Virus record (IMG/VR): IMGVR_UViG_3300020165_000005
Coordinates: 1 to 22,780 of that record
Source: a virus
Length of the DNA: 22,780 nt
Direction: 5' to 3' (one strand)
The notes beneath the pieces are model-generated. The model had not been told where the DNA came from. It saw only the letters and a list, made by a program, of their open reading frames with translations, and did no database searches. The position numbers were made by a program, and so were the translations under genes. This document shows positions 13,230-20,686 of the stretch, piece after piece; the stretch's first letter is position 1; every line of letters starts with the position of its first letter.

Positions 13230-16087
13230 CAGTAGATTGAATAGAAGGTGTTAATGTTGTCTTCGATGTTTGTTCGGTTGCTAGATTGGTCGGAGGGATA
13301 CGCTATCAGCTCTCCAAAAAAGCCGTTAAAGTTAGAGTTATTCAAGCCGCCAATACGAAACGAGGTTATTCCATTAGTTCCTGGATTTCCCGTCAAACGG
13401 GAAACGCTATTCAGGTATATTTCTGAGTTTGCACCATCGAAAAGTGAAAAATCTAATCTTCTTGTATTTGCTCCCCCACCACCTGACACAAAAGATGAGC
13501 CAGCGTACATTCTTGTTTGTGACCCATTATCTTGTATGGCTGCATATTGTGACTGCCCAAGGCTGTAAAACCATCCCGCTTGAGCAGGGGAATTTGTTGT
13601 ATCCACAAAACTTATTGCCGTTACTGGCTGGCTGGCTGCAGTCATTGTTCCCGTTAATAATTGCTGACCACCTGAAAAACTCAGAACTGGTTTATTTTGA
13701 GTGTCCGTCACCACGCCCGTAGTGCCGTCGTAAATCTTAGGCATATTCGCGGTAGTCGTTTGCGCCGCGTCATTCGAGCCTGCTTGGTCGTACCACTTCG
13801 ATACAAACCCGTCATTGCTTCCGCAGTGCGCAGCCAGTGCAACCGTATCCAACTCACCGAATACATTGAAGCCGATATCCGCGTAGCTGCTCCCGTTGTA
13901 AACCTCTACCGCGTCACCTGTGTAAGCCGTGCGCATCAGTCGCAAAGAATAGCAAGCAGCTGCTCCCGTGTACGTGTCGAGCAGTGGCGTGTTTTGGGTG
14001 AAGTAGTCGCCGATGTTTTCTTCAATGGATGTTTGGTCTGTGCCTGATTTGTCGGAGTCGTAAATAATTAACTCTTGCACAGTACCATTCAACTCGTTGT
14101 CTATCGCGTCAGGTCTTGCGCCAATAACGTATCTATCAATCGTTTCGGACAATGTATTGTTAACAGACGCGCCCGAACTACCGTTTAGGTAATTGGTTAA
14201 AGTTGAGCCGCTGTGTATGGAATTGAATAAAAATGGAGTCCCATAAGTAAAAGTGAGCGGGCTTACAAAGCTTCCCACATAGCTAGAAATTACATTATTT
14301 AAATTATCTCTTACCATCGGAATATAAGAAGGTACGTCCGTATTTGCCCCTAACATTTGCGTGAATAATCTGTCATAACGCGAACCTATAACTATGCTCG
14401 CAACGGAAAAGCTACTTTGGGTGGTTAGGGTTTTTGAGCTAAATAAAGCGTCTAAACGGTCATTAAAAAACTCCAACGCCAACTTCCCATTCTCCTTCAC
14501 CAACGCGCCCCCCGTGTAAATCGTCGGCTCTGCTCCCGTGCTCGGTGCTGTCGCTGTGTTCCCGTTTCCTGATTGGTCAAGCCATTGATAGACCGTGCAG
14601 GTCGTACCCGTGCAGAAGGTATTTATAGCGCTCTCGTCGATGTTGCCTGAACCGTCAAAGCCGATTGTTGTGGTCGTGCTATCCGATGCCCTGCGAATCA
14701 CCATGCAGTCCGTTACGTTGCCGTTGAGCCTTCGCGTTGAATATGCTGCCTCCGCTCCGCTGCCATACGTCTCGTTTAGCAAGCCCGTGAACGCGGGTGC
14801 GGCTGTTACCTCCTCCCACGTTTGGAGTAACGTAAACGGCGGCACGCCATACGTTGCGCCATCTTCGAAGCCGTCAAACGTGGCAACCGTATCCGCGTAC
14901 GCTGTATTGTCCGCAAAGGTGTGGATCAAAGTATAGTCACCAATAACGTCCGCGTCTGTAATGAATCCCGTCTTGTGGTAAATCTTCCGCACGATTACTT
15001 TGCCCGCCGCTGGCGTGTCGCTTTCGGCGTCGATGAAAATGCCGTCGCCCTCCGACTTTACCGAGTAAGCACGTTCGGCAAATATCGTAGGCATATCTTT
15101 TCCCGTTTCAACCTCATCTTCAAAACGGTTGGTATAACTCACCTGCGATTTGAATGCGTTCGCTGTGGCGTCGTATATAAGCGCCTGATTTGCTGACGGC
15201 GTGCCGACTATTGTAACGTCGCTCAGGTCGTTTAAATCCGTAGGTACGGCGCTTGTATCTGCCTTCGCATTAAGCGCTGTCTGCGTGGCTGTACTTACTG
15301 GCTTATCCGCGTCGCTGGTATTGTCGACGTTGCTAAAGTCTGCGCTGTTTGCCTTGGCGCTTAGTGCCGTTTGCGTGGCCGTGCTTACAGGTTTGTCCGC
15401 GTCACTGGTGTTGTCCACATTGCCCAACCCCACTTCGCTTTTTACTAGGCTGTCATTCGTCCATTCGCTGCCGTCGTACTTTAGAAGCTCGCCCGTTTCC
15501 GGCCCGCCCTGTCCAAATTGCACGTCGGTCAATTGCCCCAACTGAGTCACGCCGCCCGCGTCGTCTGCCGGTTGCCATTCCTGTACAGCTGCATCATAAG
15601 CTAATACCTGCCCGTCCGTTACGCCGGTTACATCTACGTCATACAAATCGCCAATCTTTGCACCCGTTACCGGTGTGCCCTGCGCTATCTCAAAATCGTC
15701 GCGCTTGATCCGAAAGGTAAACGTTAGCACTTGAGCAAAGCGGCGCGGCGCGTCAATGGTGTCTATGTCCACGTCATTGAATTGTACGCTCTCCACGTTC
15801 ACGCCGTTGTAGGTACCGCTTACACGATCCAATGCACCGCGCACTTTGTCGCCGAGATCAGCAGCCAGTGCATACGTATCGGCATAGCAAAGGAATTCGA
15901 ACCGTACTTCGTCCAGCTTACTCGGCCCGTCGTGCGTGTCCTCAGGTGCAACGCTCTGCAACTGGTAAACAATAAACGGCGTGGCGGTTTCCTGCTCGGC
16001 TACCTCTGGAAATACCTTGACGCCAACAATGTCGGTGACGTCTGTGTTTTGCGTCAGTATTACGTACGCGGCTATTCCTGCATTCAT
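13229..16087 (-). CDS. Fusion protein: tail-terminator/completion-like N-domain (DUF3168/gp17 style) plus long fibre with tail-fibre repeats and two AbfB-like plus LamG-like carbohydrate-binding modules
   Basis: Uninterrupted 952 codons.
- aa 1-128: ...TPFIVYQL...EVRFEFLCYA...LTFTFRIKR, in the gene position of a tail terminator.
- aa 222-276: two copies of NVDNTSDADKPVSTATQTAL(S/N)AKA.
- aa ~436-700 and ~701-952: each contains (A/C)YS(T/L)R.L ... IGF ... W(L/Y)DQ(S/A)G(N/S)(G/N), followed by a jelly-roll-like segment ending ELI.Y.SD......IE(E/D)NI. Confidence 0.65.
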   Translation of the reverse strand: MNAGIAAYVILTQNTDVTDIVGVKVFPEVAEQETATPFIVYQLQSVAPEDTHDGPSKLDEVRFEFLCYADTYALAADLGDKVRGALDRVSGTYNGVNVESVQFNDVDIDTIDAPRRFAQVLTFTFRIKRDDFEIAQGTPVTGAKIGDLYDVDVTGVTDGQVLAYDAAVQEWQPADDAGGVTQLGQLTDVQFGQGGPETGELLKYDGSEWTNDSLVKSEVGLGNVDNTSDADKPVSTATQTALSAKANSADFSNVDNTSDADKPVSTATQTALNAKADTSAVPTDLNDLSDVTIVGTPSANQALIYDATANAFKSQVSYTNRFEDEVETGKDMPTIFAERAYSVKSEGDGIFIDAESDTPAAGKVIVRKIYHKTGFITDADVIGDYTLIHTFADNTAYADTVATFDGFEDGATYGVPPFTLLQTWEEVTAAPAFTGLLNETYGSGAEAAYSTRRLNGNVTDCMVIRRASDSTTTTIGFDGSGNIDESAINTFCTGTTCTVYQWLDQSGNGNTATAPSTGAEPTIYTGGALVKENGKLALEFFNDRLDALFSSKTLTTQSSFSVASIVIGSRYDRLFTQMLGANTDVPSYIPMVRDNLNNVISSYVGSFVSPLTFTYGTPFLFNSIHSGSTLTNYLNGSSGASVNNTLSETIDRYVIGARPDAIDNELNGTVQELIIYDSDKSGTDQTSIEENIGDYFTQNTPLLDTYTGAAACYSLRLMRTAYTGDAVEVYNGSSYADIGFNVFGELDTVALAAHCGSNDGFVSKWYDQAGSNDAAQTTTANMPKIYDGTTGVVTDTQNKPVLSFSGGQQLLTGTMTAASQPVTAISFVDTTNSPAQAGWFYSLGQSQYAAIQDNGSQTRMYAGSSFVSGGGGANTRRLDFSLFDGANSEIYLNSVSRLTGNPGTNGITSFRIGGLNNSNFNGFFGELIAYPSDQSSNRTNIEDNINTFYSIY
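15260..15424 (-). repeat. Tandem 90-bp (30-codon) duplication encoding the phage tail-fibre repeat
   Basis: By hand alignment, 15260-15331 and 15350-15421 are about 78% identical in DNA. The encoded 24-mers differ at only 1 residue. Confidence 0.85.
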
Positions 16088-16608
16088 TTCTTTTTTCCTT
16101 TTGCTTTCGCTGCTTTGCGAATTTGAAACTCGTATTTCTTACGCATCTTCGTCAATGCCTCGCCCCGCTTGTTTGCAATCGATCGAGCAAATACGCCTTT
16201 GTTTCTGTTGTTGCCTTTTATGAACTGGTCATCACCTTCGACGATGTTAGCAAACCATGCATCAGCGTCTTTCGGTGCTTTCCTTCCTACGCGCGGCCCC
16301 ACCCAAAAGGTACTGTGCTGTTTGTCAATTTGCCAAACCTTAATGGATCGGCGCAGCGTACCCGCCTTAATATCAAAGCCACCTTTACCACCTCGACGGA
16401 TTCGAATAGTTTCACGCGCGTCGACAATGTTGTTCAGCATCTCATCTTTGTAAATCTTGCCGACTGCGCGATGGATACGTTTCTGCACATTCTGATCGCT
16501 GACCTGTTTACGTAGTTGCTCAAATTGTTTCATCAGCGGCTTAATGTCTGCGCCGATTCCTTCAAAGCCAACCTTACCTCCTTTCTGCTCAAGTGCTCCC
16601 TGTGCCAT
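16084..16608 (-). CDS. HK97 gp10-like neck / tail-completion protein
   Basis: 174 aa. The segment ...AGTLRRSIKVWQ...FWVGPRV...AWFANIVEGDDQF fits the gp10-family pattern (tG.Lr.Si ... vG ... ya..vE.G). ATGA overlap with the downstream gene. Confidence 0.55.
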   Translation of the reverse strand: MAQGALEQKGGKVGFEGIGADIKPLMKQFEQLRKQVSDQNVQKRIHRAVGKIYKDEMLNNIVDARETIRIRRGGKGGFDIKAGTLRRSIKVWQIDKQHSTFWVGPRVGRKAPKDADAWFANIVEGDDQFIKGNNRNKGVFARSIANKRGEALTKMRKKYEFQIRKAAKAKGKKK

Positions 16609-16939
16609 GTGTTCCCGTTATTTCGCAAAGTAGAATAAGCTGGTCATTGCGCCCAACTTCCTCAATGCCTTGTATGGTGTACGTGTTGCTGTTGTAGATA
16701 ACGCGGTCCGCTGGATTTATTGCCCGCGTGTCCGTGCTGCTGCGGATCTTAAACCGTAGCCGCTGCACCGGCATATCCTGATCGCCGGTAAGCTTTTCGG
16801 CCATACCTTCGCCGGCCTTCATCAGTTCAGCCCATACGGTTACCAACGTAGACCATGACGGCACGCGCTCACCGTAGGCGTTGGTGCTGGTAGTGTAGTT
16901 CTGCACCTCGATTCGTCTGTCGCTCTGTCCTATCCTCAT
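16589..16939 (-). CDS. Head-tail adaptor / head-closure protein (SPP1 gp16-type)
   Basis: From the ATG at 16939 (ATGA overlap with the upstream gene): MRIGQSDRRIEVQNYTTSTNAYGERVPSWSTLVTVWAEL...RLRFKIRSS...DRVIYNSNTYTIQGIEEVGRNDQLILLCE. This is the classic head-tail joining protein pattern. Confidence 0.75.
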   Translation of the reverse strand: MRIGQSDRRIEVQNYTTSTNAYGERVPSWSTLVTVWAELMKAGEGMAEKLTGDQDMPVQRLRFKIRSSTDTRAINPADRVIYNSNTYTIQGIEEVGRNDQLILLCEITGTHGTGST

Positions 16940-17502
16940 ACTGAAGTAATAACGCGGTAAGGGTTTAAGATAGCGTAAAGGCCAAGCGGTAAGGTAGTGG
17001 CAATTGTACCGGCTACAACTGGCTGCCGCTGCTCGTACAGGTGCGCCACCATCCAACGGATCGCGGTAATGAAAGGCTTTGGTATATCGGCCTCTGCGTA
17101 TCCTACATTCATGTTTACCTGCACCGCGTTAAATGTGTCGTCATAAAGATCCGGCACGCTGTCGAATGTGATCCGCGCGGCTTTAGTCTTTATATCGGCC
17201 CACCACTTAGCTGTCGCCAGCGTCTGCGTGGCGTTCGCCGTGTCCTTGTACTGCACTGAAGCAATGGAGTTGACCGGACCGATAGGCAGGCGGACGTTGT
17301 AAAAAAAATCAATGTATCCCACGGCGGTCACGTCACCGAGCCGCGTATTGCAATAATCCTCAACCCACGCAATGGCTGCATCTCGGTAAGCTTCTATAAG
17401 TGTATCCTCGTCTGTGTGATCCACTCTCAAATGTTCTTTAAGCTGTGCCACGGTTATAATGCTGTCGAGGTCGGGCGTGCCTGTTATTTCTACGGTCATC
17501 AT
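16936..17502 (-). CDS. gp6-like head-tail connector protein
   Basis: From the ATG at 17502: MMTVEITG...ITVAQLKEHLRVDHTDEDTLIEAYRDAAIAWVEDYCNTRL, the QLK.HLRVD..D.LI..YI.AA signature. The longer ORF-track start would include the upstream terminator hairpin. Confidence 0.75.
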   Translation of the reverse strand: MMTVEITGTPDLDSIITVAQLKEHLRVDHTDEDTLIEAYRDAAIAWVEDYCNTRLGDVTAVGYIDFFYNVRLPIGPVNSIASVQYKDTANATQTLATAKWWADIKTKAARITFDSVPDLYDDTFNAVQVNMNVGYAEADIPKPFITAIRWMVAHLYEQRQPVVAGTIATTLPLGLYAILNPYRVITSV

Positions 17503-17519
17503 GTCGCTAAAATACGGAC

Positions 17520-17546
17520 AAAAAAAAGAGGGGCCGAAGCCCCTCC
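17520..17546 (-). terminator. Rho-independent terminator just after the capsid gene
   Basis: Minus-strand RNA GAGGGGC-UUCG-GCCCCUC (perfect 7-bp stem, UUCG loop), followed by a run of nine U. It begins 26 nt after the capsid gene stop codon. Confidence 0.8.
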
Positions 17547-17571
17547 TTTCCAAACAAATAACCCAACCAAA

Positions 17572-19479
17572 TTAGGCGCTCAACTTCGTAGCTGTTGCCA
17601 ACGCTTGCGGCTGTCGCAAATCGAAATCGAAGAATCGGTTCACGTGCAAAGCAATCTGTGCAGTACCTGCATCGCTGTAAGGGTCAACTAGCAAATCAAT
17701 GCCACCGAAGTAAGCCAAGATTCCGCCCTGTGCGAAGTTTCCGAAAATCATATTTCCGCCAACTGTTGAACCGCCTACGGCTGCATCTAGTACAGAGTTC
17801 ACCAAGTATGGAGTAGCTACCCCACGGTACATATTGAACTGGCCGTTTTCCCATAGTGCGTTGACGCTTGCAACCTGTGCCAAAGCCTTGGAAAGCGCGT
17901 ACGCTTTCGGACTCATAACGTATGCAGCGCCTGCAAGATTTCCACCGTCTTCAAGCACAGCGGTTTCCATGTCGTTAACAATTGCAGCATCTAAAGCGGC
18001 GTCAGCTGTTATAACCTGATTCACAGCAGTCGATGCCATGATAGCGGCAAAGGCTGTTGTATCTACGTAAGCGTTCATAGCCGCGGCCAACTCGTTAGCA
18101 ATCAAAGCATCTACCTCTGCACCGCCCTGCAATACAAGTTGCTTGCTGTACTTAGTGTTAGCTGCAACACGCTGCGGCGACAAAGTCAGGCTATCCATTT
18201 CCATGCCTGAAGCTGAATCTCCCTCTACTTCTGTCGCTCCTGTACCTGCGGCCTTCGCGCTTACACGTGGAAACTGCAAGTTACCTGTGGCATTTCGAAT
18301 TACTGTTGTTCCGAGTCCTTCCAATACGGTTGGCGCTCGCAGTGCTTCAATCGCAGCAGGTACAACAGTTGGAACAAATCCTGAACCGTCGCCGCTTCCT
18401 GCTTGGAAGTCGTCAGGACCTCCAGCACGCAAAGCAATTGAAGGAATTGCAATCTGTCCAGCCATCTGAAGTCCTTGGCTTCGTGCTTCCTTGCTTGCCT
18501 CACTTGCCCACTCTGCTTCTGCACCTTCCAAGTTGCGACCGTTTGCAACGGCAGCGACTGCACGGCTTAGGGAAAAAGAACCGTTCACGCGCTCAACTTC
18601 GCGCTGCTCGGATGCGCCAGCTGTACCGCTCTGCGCCATTCGTGCAACCATATCCTGCTCACGTGTTTTGTGCTTAATCTTAACGTCCAAGTCCTGCATC
18701 ATGCCGTCAAGCTTGTCGCATCGTTCTTGTTCTGCTTCTGTCATAACGCGGCCTTCGCTGTCCGCCTTTTGGCCAATGGCTACGAATTCTTCGTAGTTCG
18801 CATTGCGCTGGCCTTTCAAATCGTTTAAAGTCATCTTAGTAATGTTTTGCGTAAAGTTACGCGGTTCTGTTTTTATCGTTGCAGGTTCTGCGCGTTCTTC
18901 CGTTTCCGGTTCTGCTGCTACCTGTTCTTCCTTTAATTCCTCCACTTCCTGCGCCGCCGCTGCCATGTTACGCGCGTATACTGAAGCCGTCGGGCTGGCT
19001 GGGTATGTTACTGCCGAGGTATCTAATAACCTGCCCACCTTGGTAATGGTTCGCGTGCTGCGGTCTTCGCTCCATTCGTCCGCCTCGATTGTAAAGGCAA
19101 AAGAACTTTGTGATATATCGCCGCGCTTAATCAGCTTGTAAAGATCGCGCCCGTCCTGCGTGTCGGCAAGTGCCGCGCGATACTTCAAACCTTGATCGTC
19201 TACGCTCAGTTCCAGCGTGCCGTTCGTAGTTCGTGCCAACGGTGCGCCGGTATGGTTAAGCAAAAATCTAACGTCGTCTTCCATGACGCCATCGAATGCG
19301 CCACGTGCTACGGTTTCTTTGAAGTAACCAAGATCATACTCTACTTCAAAATTACTTGCATAGCCTTCGACTACCAAAGCATCATCGCCAGCGGCCCGCA
19401 CTTCTGCCGTTCGCAGTTCTACGTTCTCACCGTACTGGCTGCGCAGCTCATCGGTGCGCTTGTCATCTTTATTCTCCAT
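17572..19479 (-). CDS. In-frame fusion of HK97-type prohead protease (S78) with scaffold-like coiled coil and HK97-fold major capsid protein
   Basis: 635 aa.
- aa ~35-165: VVEGYASNFEV...RFLLNHTG...GDISQSSFAF (protease His and Ser motifs).
- aa 170-215: acidic linker.
- From M216 (18834): MTLNDLKGQRNANYEEF...TEAEQERCDKLDGMMQDL, a typical delta-domain start of HK97-family capsid proteins, followed by a ~330-aa capsid body. Confidence 0.8.
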   Translation of the reverse strand: MENKDDKRTDELRSQYGENVELRTAEVRAAGDDALVVEGYASNFEVEYDLGYFKETVARGAFDGVMEDDVRFLLNHTGAPLARTTNGTLELSVDDQGLKYRAALADTQDGRDLYKLIKRGDISQSSFAFTIEADEWSEDRSTRTITKVGRLLDTSAVTYPASPTASVYARNMAAAAQEVEELKEEQVAAEPETEERAEPATIKTEPRNFTQNITKMTLNDLKGQRNANYEEFVAIGQKADSEGRVMTEAEQERCDKLDGMMQDLDVKIKHKTREQDMVARMAQSGTAGASEQREVERVNGSFSLSRAVAAVANGRNLEGAEAEWASEASKEARSQGLQMAGQIAIPSIALRAGGPDDFQAGSGDGSGFVPTVVPAAIEALRAPTVLEGLGTTVIRNATGNLQFPRVSAKAAGTGATEVEGDSASGMEMDSLTLSPQRVAANTKYSKQLVLQGGAEVDALIANELAAAMNAYVDTTAFAAIMASTAVNQVITADAALDAAIVNDMETAVLEDGGNLAGAAYVMSPKAYALSKALAQVASVNALWENGQFNMYRGVATPYLVNSVLDAAVGGSTVGGNMIFGNFAQGGILAYFGGIDLLVDPYSDAGTAQIALHVNRFFDFDLRQPQALATATKLSA

Positions 19480-20671
19480 TGTTCTGTGTTTCTGAAACTT
19501 TATCCGAATAAGCGCCTAGCCTATCCAGTGCAATTTGATTAACTGCAACGGTATGCGTATCGCCTCCGGCCGTTGGGTTTAGCTCTTCCTTGCCCCGTAC
19601 TTCGTTAATACTCAGCACGCCGTTGTTGAGCATCTTCGTGTAGAAGTCTGCACGGCTCTGCATATCGCCACGGTATAAATCGTTCAAATTAAACTTGCTG
19701 TATATCTGTGGGCGCTCGCGTGACTGGATTAGCTTGCGATCAATTTCCTGCTCGATGCGCTTGGCCCATGGTGCAATGGTGTGCCGTGCAAATTGCAAGT
19801 TCTGCTGTTCGACGTTGTTGTATGTTGTTTGGCTTTCGAGCTGTACCAATGTAGGAGGCACGCTAAAAATGCGGCATATCTCCTCCGCTTGAAATTTACG
19901 CGTTTCGATAAATTGCGCCTCGTCCGGGCTAATGCTTATTCGTGAATACTTAAATCCAAACGGCAGCAGTTTCGTGCCGGCCTGTTGTGCGGCCTTGTTC
20001 CAACTGCCTTGAATTATATCCATCTGCTCCTTTTTCAAAGGCTGGTCGCTGGATAATATCCCCGTCATTTGCCCACCGCTTCCAAAGTATTCCGCGCCAA
20101 AGTCCTCGGCTGCTTTCGCTAGTCCTAAATTCTCACGGTGCAAACGGATCGGCGACTTCCTTTGAAGGTTGCAAATCTCCAGCATATTCTCCGCCTGCAC
20201 GATACCCACGTTTCGAACGCTGTAAACCATTTGGCCATTCACGGTCTTGCGGTCTACGTCGTAAATATCTAAGCACACCAAACTTGTAACGTACCCACGG
20301 CCATCGCGCTCAATCAGTGCATAGCCTACGCCGTTAATTACTGCATTGCTTATAATGGTTTCCCAAAAGTCGAAAGCCGTTTGGTATTCGTTGGGCTTGT
20401 ATTTGATAACGTCATAAGCTGGATGCACATTCGCGGGTTCTATCTCGCGGCCTGTGCGCTCGTATACCTCAAGATCTAAACTGGCCAACGTGCTGGCAAT
20501 CTTGTACACGCAAGCATAAACCGTGGAAATGGTTAGCGCTGTATTCTCGTTTATGTTCGCACCGCTGACCGTAGTGCCGTAAATGCCTAGGTCATTCGCC
20601 AAGGTCTGAGAATCGTACTTACCTACGCGATACCTCAAAAGCGCATTTAATCTGTCGCGAAGTGTTGCCAT
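19469..20671 (-). CDS. Portal protein (HK97 family)
   Basis: 400 aa, located between terL and the protease. Conserved-looking blocks: GVGYALIERD, FGAEYFGSGGQMTGILS, DEAQFIETRKFQAEEICRIFSVPPTLV. Confidence 0.85.
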   Translation of the reverse strand: MATLRDRLNALLRYRVGKYDSQTLANDLGIYGTTVSGANINENTALTISTVYACVYKIASTLASLDLEVYERTGREIEPANVHPAYDVIKYKPNEYQTAFDFWETIISNAVINGVGYALIERDGRGYVTSLVCLDIYDVDRKTVNGQMVYSVRNVGIVQAENMLEICNLQRKSPIRLHRENLGLAKAAEDFGAEYFGSGGQMTGILSSDQPLKKEQMDIIQGSWNKAAQQAGTKLLPFGFKYSRISISPDEAQFIETRKFQAEEICRIFSVPPTLVQLESQTTYNNVEQQNLQFARHTIAPWAKRIEQEIDRKLIQSRERPQIYSKFNLNDLYRGDMQSRADFYTKMLNNGVLSINEVRGKEELNPTAGGDTHTVAVNQIALDRLGAYSDKVSETQNNGE

Positions 20672-20686
20672 ATGGCTTGCAATTTA

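Noticed and set aside
17503-17553. N-terminal extensions of track ORFs (17503..17553, 16940..17056, 1368..1442, 7339..7368, 5600..5635, 2598..2648, 2956..2997)
   Set aside because: Internal ATGs produce the ATGA/TGATG stop-start couplings used throughout this genome. The extensions run through a terminator hairpin (17520-17546), promoter/operator repeats (5606-5646) or the upstream gene's coding sequence.
18300-18563. Alternate-frame minus-strand ORFs inside large genes (18300..18563, 21886..22182, 3034..3243, 3786..3989, 1066..1347, 7220..7408, 360..542)
   Set aside because: They are embedded in genes with clear family signatures (capsid, terL, OB-fold protein, methyltransferase, HNH). They have no coupling signals and their composition is implausible.
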